NCBI GenBank assembly: GCA_951406725.2 | Contig: OX597816.1 | Location: 47,740,001-47,804,000, forward strand | Length of the DNA stretch: 64,000 bases | Source of the DNA: Octopus vulgaris | Lineage: Eukaryota | Reading direction: 5' to 3' | Shown: positions 40,472 through 53,425 of the stretch, piece by piece | How the letters are laid out: each line of letters begins with the position of its first letter | Numbering within the stretch: the stretch's first letter is position 1 | Notes under the pieces: model-generated | Databases searched by the model: none | Seen by the model: the letters and a program-made list of their open reading frames with translations, nothing else | What the model was told of the DNA's origin: nothing | Made by a program: the position numbers and the translations under genes

Positions 40472-41599
40472 TTATTATTGTTATTATTATTATTATTAAA
40501 AAAGCAGTAAGTTTGCAGAATTATTGGTAAAATACTTCAAAATGTATTCTCTCTGTTTTTATGTTCTGATTTCATGTGCTTGCTGAGGTTGACTTTAATT
40601 TTCAACATTTTGGGGTCGAAGAAATAACTACTAGTGAAGCCCTGGGGTCAGTCTAATCAACTTAACCCTCCCCCCAAATTTCTGACCTTGTGCCAAAATT
40701 TGAAACCATTATTATTATTATTATTATTATCATTATTATTGAATGAGAGAGCAGTACATGCCATCAAAATGACACTGGGGTACAAATATATGAAGCCCAA
40801 TATACCCACCATGACTACTTATCTGATAAGGGTACACCAGGTACATGCATCACAGCCATATGTGCATGACATGATGATTTCATATCAAGATAGTGCATTA
40901 CCTTGCAGCTGAAACCCAGCTAGAATTTTCTTCAGGTCTTGTAGCCCATCGTACTCAAAAGGTCCCTGAATAAGGTTTACTTAAGGATGATGAACAAAAC
41001 ATCCATATTTCCAGAGGTGAATTATTCAAACCCCACAAAAGGCATGGTTGTGTGGTAAGACGTTTACTTCCCAACATATAGTTCTGGATTCAGCTCCACC
41101 ACTTGGCACCTTTGGCAAGTGTATGTTACTGTAGCCTTCAGCTGAATAAAGCCTTACAAGTGGATTTGGTAGACCAAAACTTAAAGAAGCTTGTCATATG
41201 TATATATGTGTGTGTGTGTGTGTGTGTTTACATCACTGCTGCCTAGTTTTGACGTTGCATGATAATTGCAAAATGAGTATCATGCAATTGGTATCCTTTG
41301 TTTCCAATCTTCTGTGAAAATATGTCTAATCATCAGGTTGCATTACCTTGCTTGGAAACAGGTGATGGGGTTGGTGACAGGAAGGGCATCCAGCTGTAAA
41401 AATTTACCTCAACAAATTTCTTCCAACCCAAGCAATTATGGAAAAGTGAACATTAAAACAACAATGATGATTATATTGATAATGTTATGTGGAATGTTTG
41501 AAGATTTGAAAGACCATAAGAGTACTGATAAAGCTGTAGTAGTTTTTCCTATTTAGGTTGGTAAAAGAGCGTTCATATTGGCTAAATTGATTACTCTTT

Positions 41600-42297
41600 A
41601 TTCTTTTACTCTTTTACTTGTTTCAGTCATTTGACTGTGGCCATGCTGGAGCACCGCATTTAGTTGAGCAAATCGACCCCAGGACTTATTCCTAGTAAGG
41701 TAAGCCTAGTACTTATTCTATTGGTCTCTCTTGCCGAACCGCTAAGTTACGGGGACGTAAACATACTAGCCTCAGTCATCAAGCGATGCTGGGGGACACA
41801 CACACAGACACATAAATATATACACACACATACATATGCATATATACACATATACGACGATCTTCTTTCAGTTTCCATCTACGAAATCCACTCACAAGGC
41901 TTTCACCGGCCTGAGGCTATCGTAGAAGACATTTGCCCAAGGTGCCACGCAATGGGACTGAACCTGGAACCATGTGGTTGGTAAGCAAGTTTATTTTTTT
42001 AAAGTCTTGTGTTAATTTAACTTTTTTTTAAAAGTTTGGTGCCTTGTTATTTCTCTTGATGACCCTCTAAGTTGTCAAGCGATGTTGGAGGAACAAATAC
42101 AGACACACAACACACACACACACATATATATACATATATACGATGGGCTTCTTTCAGTTTCCATCTACCAAATCCACTCACAAGGCTTTGGTCGGCCTGA
42201 GACTATAGTACAAGACACTTACCCAAGGTGCCACGCAGTGGGACTGAACCCAGAACCATGTGGTTCATAAGCAAGCTACTTACCACACAGCCACTCC
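41600..42297 (-). mobile_element. Tandem SINE family A copies joined by a ~85-bp T-rich linker
   Basis: 41600-41988 and 42070-42297. The linker also occurs at 3421-3507. Confidence 0.85.
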
Positions 42298-43608
42298 ATT
42301 GTTGAAAGAATTGATATTTAATTCTATATATGAACAAGAAGATGAAATTGCAAGCTTCGTATTAACTGTTACACAATATACTGACTCCTTAGCTAGACAT
42401 TTACCTTGTAATGGCATAAATTTCTATTAGTGGAACCACAATTAAATGTGTTTTAGTTTACCTTTTCAAGACTTGGCTGCACAAATTTCTGAACAATGCA
42501 AACTATTTGCGAAAATTATAGGTGGTTAAATTGAAACATTTTAGTTGAGAATTTAATTCTCTTTCTTGATGTTGTCATCATCGCTGTTGTTGTCATCATT
42601 GCCAGCATCGTTGTCATCATTATTATTGTAAGCATAGGTGCAGGTGTGGCTGTGTGGTAAGGCATTGAAGGCGGCGAGCTGGCAGAAACATTGGTGTATT
42701 GATACAACTCTGGATTTTGATTACAATCAACTAATTACTTTATCTCGTAAATTAAAGAACCTGATGTTATTCGGAATTAAAGTTGGGAAAATTTGGGTAA
42801 TTTTAGCCAATCAACAGACAGCAAGGCATTAACAGCTTGTTACCATGACAACTGCACGTAGTGTTGTGTTTCACTTCACCTGCACGCTGTGTTGTGTTGA
42901 TTCTTCACACAACGAAATTTGCTTCACCTGTGTGTTTTGTTTTAATAAAATTTCTGTTTATCAATTAGAATTTAATTGTAGGTATTTTTCATCAATTGTC
43001 TTAATATTTTACATATATTTCGTGAAGTTATTCTGTGTTTACATTTATTGCGATAAATGCCTTTCAGTTTAAACCCAGGTCAGGTCGGAATGAGCCATTC
43101 TGTATTTTTATTGAAGATGTAGGACATTATTTAATGTGCCCTTCATTTTTAAAATGTTAGAGCAGAGTGAGGGAGATTTAGCTGTTATTTCTAGCAAATT
43201 AAACAACTACACAAAGGTTACCTTATTGGCTCCAGTCTTGTTCAGATGAATGGAATCATATATCTTATCATTTTGCTAACTACAAAACTCCATTATGTAA
43301 GAACTTCACTCTGAGTTCAGTGACATAAAGCAGACAAGGAACAAATCTTCCTCTGGACAAGATGCTAGTTTGTTTGAACTAACTTTTTTGGAAAGCATTT
43401 TTTATATACTCCAGCTTGGTAAACTGAGCCAAGTAGAGTGATATGTATACTACCCAGTAAACTGAAACATTAAACCTACAGTAGGACTAATTCCTACTTA
43501 TAATTCATTAATTGCTAATCCACTTAATCATACACTTCTGGTTTATATTAGACTATATACTACAGATTATATGTTGTGATGGCAATTTTTATACTAATTT
43601 ATTCTTGA

Positions 43609-44001
43609 CTAGCAGTATCACCTGGCGTTGCTTGGGTTTGTTTCGACCCTTTAGAATTGGAATTTTTGAAAAATAAAAATTTTGCATTATGTAGCTTGTT
43701 ATTCTCTTTAAGTGAACCTTTTTCTGGTTGAAATACACCGAAAAATGGTGACACAGCAGTCAAAAAAACGTAAAATATTGGGATTTTCATAGAAAAAAAA
43801 GCACCTTTTCGATGTAAATAATTTTTGGTGTTAACATGGTCCGATTTGAATTTTTTCTTCTACGGAAGGAAGAGCAAGCCTTCTTCTATCATACTCTCAA
43901 TTTTGGTCAACTTGCACCGCAGGGTCTCGGAGGAGATAGTGTTAGTTGAAGGCTACCAAACCTGCCACACACAGACAACTTCAGCTTTATATATATAGAG
44001 A
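43609..44001 (-). mobile_element. Non-autonomous Helitron
   Basis: Minus strand A|TCtctatatatataaagctg ... cccaagcaacgccagg (decayed subterminal hairpin) tgatactgCTAG|T: TC...CTAG ends at an AT target, with no TSD. Confidence 0.8.
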
Positions 44002-44458
44002 TATATTAAATCTCATGGAACTAATATATTCCTTTTATTTAAGAAAAAAAAATAAAATAACAGTCATTTAAGATCTGATTGTTTGATTCAAATGTTTATG
44101 TTTCTATTGATTTCAGTGTGAAAGATGTAACAAAACATTCATACCTCTCAATGATTATCAAAATACCAAGTTGCTGCTATGTACATATTGCAAACTTGAT
44201 TCTTGCCTCAATAAATACTCTCTCTGACTAATGCATTTCTTCCAAAGCTAATTCCAAAGAATTACACCTAATGCAAAATGTCTTTTGTTGGTTTTTTTCC
44301 ACCCCCTACCCGAAACTTAAATGAAAATATTGCCTTCAAAACAATGGCTTTAACAACTATTAGAGAATATATATTCTTCCCAGTGGTTTTCTAATATGGA
44401 TGTGCAATGCTAATTTGTTCAAAATGCAGAGCACAAGTCCATTGCAAAAGTTGTTGAC

Positions 44459-45098
44459 TATCTATCTGCGGCTTTATATAGCTATGGTAAGACCTTACCT
44501 GGAATTTACATCACCGGTCTGGAACCCCTATCTTGCCCAGGACATCAATCATCTGGAAGCCGTTCAGCAACATGCAACCAAGAGAATACCCTCCATCAGG
44601 CATTTGCCATATTCTGAACGCCTTACTTCCCTGGGCATGGACACATTGAAACTCCGATGTCTGGCAGCTGACTTGGCAGACACCCATAAAATTATCAACC
44701 ATCGTACAAACAATAACTCTGAGCACCTTTTCAAACTCCATCTGTCTAACACCCGTGGACATATTTACAAAGTCAGAAAACAGCACAGCTCCCATGACTT
44801 TCGGAAACATTTTTTCACGCTAGGAGTTGCTGAAACATGGAACAAACTGCCGGCATTAGTTGTTAGTTGTCGGAGCACTGCATCCTTCAAAACTTCGATG
44901 CTTCCTGAGATTCACGAACACTATACCTGATTTTCTTCCCTCCATACACCCGCAAGCATGTATCTGACTCATACACTGTTCACTTTCCAGACATTTGTAC
45001 ATTACTGCATATGCTTTATATGCACTTTTGACAAGTTGTGGTGCACCTGAGCACTGTATACAATAATTTCATTATTATTATTATTATTATTATTATTA
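44459..45098 (+). mobile_element. CR1/L2-group LINE 3' fragment with (ATT)n tail
   Basis: RLYIAMVRPYLEFTSPVWNPYL..YSERLTSLG..TRGH..FFTLGV..WNKLP (ORF 44400-44930). Confidence 0.9.
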
Positions 45099-45933
45099 AT
45101 ACACTGGGCGAAATGCTTAGCGGTATTTCGTCTGCCTCTACATTCTGAGTTCAAATTCCACTGAGGTCAACTTTGCATTTCATCCTTTCAGGGTCGATTA
45201 AATAAGTGCTTATTTCTTTACTACCCACAAGGGGCTAAACACAGAGGGGGGCAAACAAGGACAGACAAACGGATTAAGTTGATTACATGGACCCCAGTGC
45301 GTAACTGGTACTTAATTTATTGACCCCGAAAGGATGAAAGGCAAAGTTGACCTGGGAGGAATTTGAACTCTGAATGAAATGGCAGATGAAATACGGCTAC
45401 ACATTTTGCCCGGTCTGCTAATGATTCTGCCAGTTCACTGCCAATTAACTAAGTACCAGTTACGTACTGGGGTCGATATAATCAACTTAGTCAATTTGTC
45501 TGTCCTTGTTTGTCCCCTCTGTGTGTAGCCCCTTGTGGACAGTAAAGAAATAAGAAGCTTGCTTTCCAGCCACATGGTTCTGGGTTCAGTCTCACTGTGT
45601 GGCACCTTGGGTAAGTGTCTTCTACTATAGCCTAAGACTGACCAAATCCTTGTGAGTGGATTTGGTAGGTGGAAACTGAAAGAAGCCCATCATGGTATAT
45701 GTATATGCGTGTGAATGTGTATGTCTTTGTGTCTGTGTTGTCCGACCACCACTCGGCAACCAGTGTAAGTTTGTTTACATCCCTGTAACTTAACAGTCTG
45801 GCAAAGGAAATCGATAGAATAAGTACCAATCTTTAAAAAAAATATGTACCAGAGTCAATACATTTGACAAACTATTTTTCAAGGTGGTACTCCAGCATGG
45901 CCACACTCAAATGACTGAAACAAGTAAAAGAAA
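45099..45933 (+). mobile_element. Nested SINE cluster: family B body, opposite-strand family B (45209-45443), family A body (45550-45933)
   Basis: Direct matches to other copies. The missing heads lie at 42636-42691. Confidence 0.8.
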
Positions 45934-46029
45934 GATCATCATCGTCATCATCATCGTCATCATCATCATCATCATCATCACAATCATCATTGTTTAAATG
46001 TCTTTGTTCCATGCTGGTAAAGGTTGCAT

Positions 46030-46228
46030 CATTTACTCTTTTACTGGTTTCAGTCATTTTGCTGTGGCCATGCTGGAGCACCGCCTTTAGTCGAGCAAAT
46101 CAACCCCAGGACTTATTTTTTGTAAGCCTAGTACTTATTCTATCGGTCACTTTTGCCGAACCGCCAAATTACAGGGACGTAAACACACTACCATTGGTTG
46201 TCAAGTGATGTTGGGGGGACAAACACAG

Positions 46229-46289
<61 letters not shown>

Positions 46290-46457
46290 TATACATATAT
46301 ACGATGGGCTTCTTTCAGTTTCTGTCTACCAAATCCACTCACAAGGCTTTGGTCGGCCCGAGGCTATAGTAGGAAACACTTGCCCAAGGTACAATGTAGT
46401 GGGACTAAACCTGGAACCATGTGGTTGGTAAGCAAGCTACTTACCACACAGCTACTC
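46030..46457 (-). mobile_element. SINE family A
   Basis: Full match. Confidence 0.9.
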
Positions 46458-48008
46458 AATGGACTACACCAGGCGTTTGTTAGGACATGGTCCCTATGAG
46501 TAAATGTCTTTCCTAATGCCAAAATCTTTATTGCATATACAGAGTGCTTTATTTATACCACCAGCATGACTTAAGTCTCAGGCAGCTTTCAAGACTATGA
46601 ATTCTGAGAGTATCAGCTTTATGCTCAGAGATGAAGGGTTAAAATATCTTTTATCTTTTATCTTTTATTTTTTTTAGTCTACATATTTTTTATCTTTTAT
46701 TTGTTTCAGTCAATAGGCTGAGACCATGCTGGGGCACTGCCTTGAGGAATTTTAGTCAAGCTAATTGAGCCCAGCACTTATTTCTTTTATAAGCCTGGTA
46801 CTTATTCTGTCAATCTGTTTTGCTGAACTGCTAAGTTGTGGAGATTTAAACAAACCAACGCCAGTTATCAAGAGGTGCAGGAGATCAGCAGAAGGGTAAC
46901 AATGATATGGTAGACAGGAGAAGGATAAGAGAAAGAGAGAGAGAGATGGCATGTGGTTGAGTAGGTTGCAGGAGTGTGAGGGGCGAGGGTAGGAGAGAAA
47001 AGTGTAGTGAGCAACATGTGGTGGTGGAGGGTTATAATATTCTTCATTTTCCATAAAATTTCTATATTTCAGGATGTGCTACTGGCCATTCTCTGCAGCA
47101 ACGCCTTCACAATAACATTCACCGGGCGCAGATAAACATTCCATTCATTTTAAGGTGAAAATCCCATTACTCCCTCCAACCAACACGTTACAATTCCTTC
47201 AACCTGTTATTACATCCACACATCTTCAGCTACTGAATCCCTCCTGCCTTATTGTTTTTTCACTATTTTTACAATCTTCGAAATATTCAGCTGCCAGTCT
47301 ATATACTTTTAATAATCGAATTGAAACACAATTATCATTTATTTAAGTTATGAAAATGTGAAGTTACAAGATATATCATCGTTTAGAGATTGTTAAGGAC
47401 ATATTTCTGAATAAGTTATTAATAATGTTTTTCAACGTCTTTCAACATAAACAATCCATTTCCCCTTTCCAGCTTTATTTGGCCATTAAATTTCAATTTA
47501 ATGCTCAAATGGCCTTTATGTTTTAAATACTAATATAACTGCATTCCTATACAATCTTAATTTACCTACAGTGTATTAAGTACTATTTCTAGAATATTTT
47601 ATTCCTTTCCTACAAATGTTTAAAGTTATTTTAGACTCCAAAAGCTAAAATCTAATATACCAACACAATTTGATAGAAATCCAGAATTGCTAAAGTTATC
47701 TCATAGACATAGATCTCCCACTTCCGCATACTTTGTAGGACTTGCTCATGTATAAATAAATATCTATTTTGCTTATTATTTGTATGTGACTCAAAAGGCA
47801 AAGTTTGAAGTTATAGGATAAACTTGATTGTGCAATCAATATTGAATCTTTTCATCAACGAATGCTTTTAATAATTCTAGCAAACCCACACATTTATTAG
47901 TATATTTTGCATTGTATGAAGCACTGTCTGATATGTATACAAACATGCACACACAAACATACACACATTTATATCCACTCACATATATACACACATACAT
48001 ATTTATAA

Positions 48009-48039
<31 letters not shown>

Positions 48040-48080
48040 AATAGACACACACACACGTGCACACACATATAGATATACAC

Positions 48081-48490
48081 CTGGGGTGTTCAAAAAGACT
48101 CTCCGCAGTGAATTTTTTGGTGAATGGATTATTTTGAAGGGACTTTGGCCACTAAGATCACCTGATTTAACACTGCCGGATTTTTTTTTTCTGGGGAGCA
48201 AGTAAAAGATCAGTGTACAAGAATCACCCGAAAACCATTAATGAGCTAAAAGACTCAATCATAACCGTCAAACAGTCCATACTGCGTCAGACTCTCCAGG
48301 ATGTATTTCAAAACATATGTCAAAGAGTCAATTTATGTATTGAAAATGAAGGATGACATTTTGAACACCTCTTATAAAGTTTTTTAAAATCTTGTAAAGT
48401 CTAATACATTCTTTTGTAGTCTTATATTATCTTATAAATATTTATTTTGCAATATAATACTTACTGTGGAGAGACTTTTTGAACACTCTG
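48081..48490 (+). mobile_element. Internally deleted Tc1/mariner element
   Basis: TIRs ctggggtgttcaaaaagactctccgcagt and actgtggagagactttttgaacactctg|TA. Retains WPLRSPDLTLPDFFF(W)G. Confidence 0.85.
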
Positions 48491-48496
48491 TATATA

Positions 48497-48564
<68 letters not shown>

Positions 48565-48606
48565 TATACACTTATAGAAATATATACATATTTATAAATA
48601 TGTATA

Positions 48607-49016
48607 TTACTCTTTTACTCTTTTACTTGTTTCAGTCATTTGACTGTGGCCATGCTGGAGCACCGCCTTTAGTTGAGCAAATCGACCCCGGGACTTATTC
48701 TTTGTAAGCCCAGTACTTATTCTATCGGTCTCTTTTTGCCGAACTGCTAGGTGACGGGGACATAAACACACCAGTATCAGTTGTCAAGTGATGGTGGGGG
48801 GACAAACACAGACACACAAACATATACACACACATACATATATATATATATACATATATATGACAGGCTTCTTTCAGTTTCCGTCTACCAAATCCACTCA
48901 CAAGGCATTGATCGGCCCGAGGCTATATCAGAAGACACTTGCCCAAGATGCCACGCAGTGGGACAGAACCCAGAACCATGTGGTTGGTAAGCGAGCTACT
49001 TACCACAAAGCCACTC

Positions 49017-49018
<2 letters not shown>
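48607..49018 (-). mobile_element. SINE family A
   Basis: Full match. Confidence 0.9.
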
Positions 49019-49047
<29 letters not shown>

Positions 49048-49198
49048 CGGTTTAAGTAATTGAGATTCAAGTGAGTTCTAATGAATTCACATGAATATGG
49101 TCCTTAACTAGGATGCACCGGAAATCTATATGGTGTTAACCATACGACAAGTGGGGTGATTACAAATAGGAAAAAAGCAACAAGAATGGATCAAAATA

Positions 49199-49282
49199 TC
49201 GGTACAATTGTTTCGTACGAGGACATCTTTAATAAGCTACAAAAATTGCAGTAAATATAGATGGCTCGTACTCCTCAGCCGA
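49199..49282 (-). ncRNA. Type I hammerhead ribozyme (left pseudo-LTR)
   Basis: tcgg CTGAGGA gtacgag [long hairpin] ctcgtac GAAAC aatt GTA ccga. Confidence 0.85.
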
Positions 49283-49620
49283 AAAAACATCAGAGATCCC
49301 CAAACATCAAAAGGGGTAGATACAAATGAGGGTGTGAGTTTAACTGCATTGAAGAAAGTTCGATTCCTGGAGATCTGATGAAAGGTCTTGAACTTACAGA
49401 ATATGTGCATGTCCATATGTAGTTCATAGTGAATTGTTAATCAAGCTATGTGAAGAAATTTTGGATACAATCATGCAAAATTTCTGAGAATCCGAGTAAG
49501 AAGCAAAGTGACAGTCTTATCGTGTAGAGGAACAGATTGTTATTGAAATTTACAAGAATCACAGAGAAGAGGAAGGAAGTAGAATTGGTTTAACTCCCTA
49601 AATGGTTTAACTCCCTTAAA

Positions 49621-52113
49621 TGGTTTAACTCCCTAACTAATACCAATAATCTAGTCTTCATTCAATTCGACATAAACAACTACTACTGTAGCATTTCCCC
49701 AATTCTATTAAATAAATCGCTTATATTCGCGATGAATCGCTCCCTCATATCTAGAGAGGAAATAGACATTATACTTTTAGCTAGAAAAACATTTATTGAG
49801 TTTGAGGGAAAATTATGGACCAGAGCAGATACCCCTAATAATTTCGATATTCCTATGGGCTCAAGTGATTCGGCTGAGGTGACCAACTTAGTCGGAGCAT
49901 ATCTACTGAAATGCATAAAAAAGGAGATCCCTGAATTGCAAGATGGTTTATATAGAGATGATGCTTTGTTTGTTGTCCATACTAATAATAAATCACACAT
50001 AGAAAGAATCAAAAAGAAAATTAATAGGTTCTTTAAAGATTTCAACCTTAGCATGATCTATGAACCAGGCATTAAAATAGCTAATTTTCTAGATATTACA
50101 TTAAACCTTAACTCCAAACTACATTACCCATTTAGAAAAGAAGGTGAAATCACTAGTTACGTAAGTAAATTATCTAATCATCCGCCTAATATAATTAATT
50201 CCTTAGTTAGAAATATTTCCATGAGAATATCCAAATTATCGTCTAATTTTGATATATTTAACTCACACTCAGGGCATTACAATGAGGCGTTATCTAGAGC
50301 AGGATATAACCAAAAAATTACTTATATTGATATAGAAAACTTACAAACTCATAATAATTTTAATAATTTAAATAGCAATAACCACGTAAACAACAAAAAC
50401 AATCAAGCCGAAAAGATACGTAGAGGTAGATTTAATACAACATCTAATCGTAATGATAATAAGTACAAGGATAACTACATAAACCATAACATAGATAGCC
50501 CTGATAAGACAATCTTAGATAAAATTAGGAAACATACAATTAGTAACGTAGACAACAATAAGGACCAAGCCAGAAATAATAGTAGAAATAGATTTACAAC
50601 GGCAAAATATCCTAATGATATTAAGAATATCAATAAGAAAATAGCAGTGAACACTTGTAATAAGGATAAAATAAACTTGGATAAAACTAATAAACATGCA
50701 AATAGGAACATTAATAAATACAAAGAATCTGATGATAGTAGGAGCAATTCTAACAACCCTAACTCTAGTAGGAACAATTCTAACAACCCTAACTCTAATT
50801 CTAAGAAATTTAATAAGAAAGACATAATATGGCTAAACATCCCTTTTAACTGTGCGGTTTTATCAGATATTCAGAGTAGATTCAAAACAATTCTTGAAAA
50901 AAATTTCCCATCCTCTCATAGATATCATAAAATTATTTCTAAAAAATCAGTCAGAATTTCTCATTCAACCCTCCCAAATATGTCCACTTTAATAGCCAAA
51001 ATCAATAATAATAACATAAAACTAGCCAGAAAAAATTTAAACAATAAAAATAAAATTACAATTGAAAATTGTAATAACAGTACTGAAAGTAATAATTGCA
51101 ACAATGATAATAAGGAATGTCATATAATAAATATAACCAATAGCTATAGAATTGCTAACAATAATAATAATATAAATAGGAATGATTATGTTAATGATAA
51201 GAATAATATCAGGAATATAAGTACAGTGAATGAGGACAACAATGTTATCAGCAATAGCACTACACATTTAGAAAACAATACCGACAACAATACTAACAGC
51301 ATCAACAATATTAATAATGATAGTAGGGTTATAGAACCAAATGATAGTGTAGGAATACCGATAAATGATAATACTACTTTAGATAATAACATTAACTACA
51401 ATAATGATAACATTATTTTAGATAACAGCATCAACAATATTAATAATGTAAGTAGGGCTATGGAACCAAATGAAAATGTAAGAATACCAATAAATGATAA
51501 TACTACTTTAGATAATAATATTAACTACAATAATGATAACATTATTTTAGATAGTAGCAATAACCAAAATCATGAAAAATATACCCGCACTGTTTCGAGC
51601 AACAGTAGTATGAGACTTCTATCCTCAAATTATTCTACTTCAAATTATAATTCCCCTAGATGTAACTGTAGAATTAAATCAAAATGCCCGGCACCTGGTT
51701 TATGCGGGTTAAATAACATAATCTACAAATGCTCCATAACCACAGATAATAATAAATTCACTTATGTTGGATGTACTGTAAATTTTAAGAAAAGACCTAG
51801 CAATCATCTATCCTCCTTCAGATTACGTCATAAAGCTGATAGCACCACTCTTTCTAGTAAAATTTGGGAACTAAAAAACAATAATATCAAATATAACCTT
51901 AATTGGGAATTAATTAGAAGAGCGATACCCTATAAAAATAGCAGAGTAGGTTGTCAACTTTGCTCCATGGAAACATTTGAAATACTAATGTATAGAAAAA
52001 ATAGGGAAATTTCATTGAACAGCAGGATTGAATTAGGAAGTCTTGTATACACGCTCGAACTAAGACTCTTAAATATTTTAAATGATGTTTTAATTGGCAA
52101 CAGTATATATTAA
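49621..52113 (+). CDS. Penelope-like RT + C-terminal GIY-YIG endonuclease (5'-truncated; frameshift near C-terminus)
   Basis: The frame is open from WFNSL..FIQFDINNYYCSI (motif A), upstream of ATG 49732. FDIPMGSSDSAEV, GLYRDDA, NFLDITL, SNHPP; CNCRxxxxCPxxGxC; IIYKC..YVGCT..KKR..NH; CQLCSME. The terminal CIH lies in another frame after about 52040. Confidence 0.9.
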   Translation, partial: WFNSLTNTNNLVFIQFDINNYYCSISPILLNKSLIFAMNRSLISREEIDIILLARKTFIEFEGKLWTRADTPNNFDIPMGSSDSAEVTNLVGAYLLKCIKKEIPELQDGLYRDDALFVVHTNNKSHIERIKKKINRFFKDFNLSMIYEPGIKIANFLDITLNLNSKLHYPFRKEGEITSYVSKLSNHPPNIINSLVRNISMRISKLSSNFDIFNSHSGHYNEALSRAGYNQKITYIDIENLQTHNNFNNLNSNNHVNNKNNQAEKIRRGRFNTTSNRNDNKYKDNYINHNIDSPDKTILDKIRKHTISNVDNNKDQARNNSRNRFTTAKYPNDIKNINKKIAVNTCNKDKINLDKTNKHANRNINKYKESDDSRSNSNNPNSSRNNSNNPNSNSKKFNKKDIIWLNIPFNCAVLSDIQSRFKTILEKNFPSSHRYHKIISKKSVRISHSTLPNMSTLIAKINNNNIKLARKNLNNKNKITIENCNNSTESNNCNNDNKECHIINITNSYRIANNNNNINRNDYVNDKNNIRNISTVNEDNNVISNSTTHLENNTDNNTNSINNINNDSRVIEPNDSVGIPINDNTTLDNNINYNNDNIILDNSINNINNVSRAMEPNENVRIPINDNTTLDNNINYNNDNIILDSSNNQNHEKYTRTVSSNSSMRLLSSNYSTSNYNSPRCNCRIKSKCPAPGLCGLNNIIYKCSITTDNNKFTYVGCTVNFKKRPSNHLSSFRLRHKADSTTLSSKIWELKNNNIKYNLNWELIRRAIPYKNSRVGCQLCSMETFEILMYRKNREISLNSRIELGSLVYTLELRLLNILNDVLIGNSIY

Positions 52114-52197
52114 AATCACTTTGAATTATACTTTACTCCTACATAGTATATTATATATTTAATTAGACAGATACGATCTAACTAGCTATGATTATAA

Positions 52198-52528
52198 AGA
52201 CCCCCTTCGGTCATGAATGACCATGGGATTGCACCTAGAAAGTTACCCTCCTAGACACAAGTCCGGGCAAGGTTGTTTATGGAAGGCCAGCAGTCGCCCA
52301 TGCATACCAGCCTCCCTTCTCCACGCCACCAGTGTTATCCAAGGGAAAGACAAAGGTCGATACAGCTTGGCACCAGTGACGTCGCAACTCATTTCTACAG
52401 CTGAGTGAACTGGAGCAACGTGAAATAAAGTGCCTTGCTCGAGAACACAACACGCAGCCCGGTCCAGGATTCGAGCTCACAACTTCACGATCGTAAGCTC
52501 GACGCTCTAACCACTGAGCCATGCGCCA
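52198..52528 (-). mobile_element. tRNA-derived SINE (family C-like) inserted in the Penelope 3' UTR
   Basis: ggcgcatggctcagtggttagagcgtcg...gagctcgaatcctgg: clear A and B boxes. Confidence 0.85.
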
Positions 52529-53314
52529 TTCTCTCTCTAACTGTACTATTTGATACTTATTGATTTAAGTTATTTGATTTATTTCGATTAGACTATGTAG
52601 ATAATTTAAATTTTAAATTTTTCTCTATTTTTCTCTCTATTTCTTAGTCTATTTCACTTTAACCTACTTATAGGAAATTAGTTAGGTAAACTTCTTAGTT
52701 TCTTTTACACTAATAATTAATTCTGCTAATCCTAAACCTATTATAATATAATATAATATAATATAATATAATATAATATAATTGTATGGTTTCATTAGAA
52801 AATAACTCCTTTTTTCTTTTTTTCTTTTCTTTTCTTCTGACCTCTCATTGTAACCTGACAATCTATTAATAGTAACATTAATAAATAAAGAAATAAATTA
52901 ATTGACCTCAGTTCGAATTTTGCACCAAATAAGCTTAGATATTTTCTTATTGTATCAACTTGTGCCCCTCCCTTTTATCTTCCCTTTTAGCTTCCCGTTC
53001 CCTTCTCATTTTATAGCAATTAGTAGCAGTAACTGGTAAAATTCTACTTCCTTCCTCTTCTCTGTGATTCTTGTAAATTTCAATAACAATCTGTTCCTCA
53101 CTCGGATTCTCAGAAATTTCGCACGATTGTATCCAAAATTTCTTCACATAGCTTGATTAACAATTCACTATGAACTACATATGGACATGCACATATTCTG
53201 TAAGTTCAAGACCTTTCATCGGATCTCCAGGAATCGAACTTTCTTCAATGCAGTTAAACTCACACCCTCATTTGTATCTACCCCTTTTGATGTTTGGGAA
53301 TCTCTGATGTTTTT

Positions 53315-53398
53315 TCGGCTGAGGAGTATGAGCCATCTATATTTACTGCAGTTTTTGTAGCTTATTAAAGATGTCCTCGTACGAAACAATTGTACCGA
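53315..53398 (+). ncRNA. Type I hammerhead ribozyme (right pseudo-LTR, sense to ORF)
   Basis: tcgg CTGAGGA gtatgag [..] ctcgtac GAAAC aatt GTA ccga. Predicted cleavage after 53394. Confidence 0.85.
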
Positions 53399-53425
53399 TA
53401 TTTTGATCCATTCTTGTTGCTTTTT

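Noticed and set aside
52455-52528. tRNA gene
   Set aside because: A and B boxes are present, but the head runs into a SINE body and has no proper acceptor stem. Called as a SINE.
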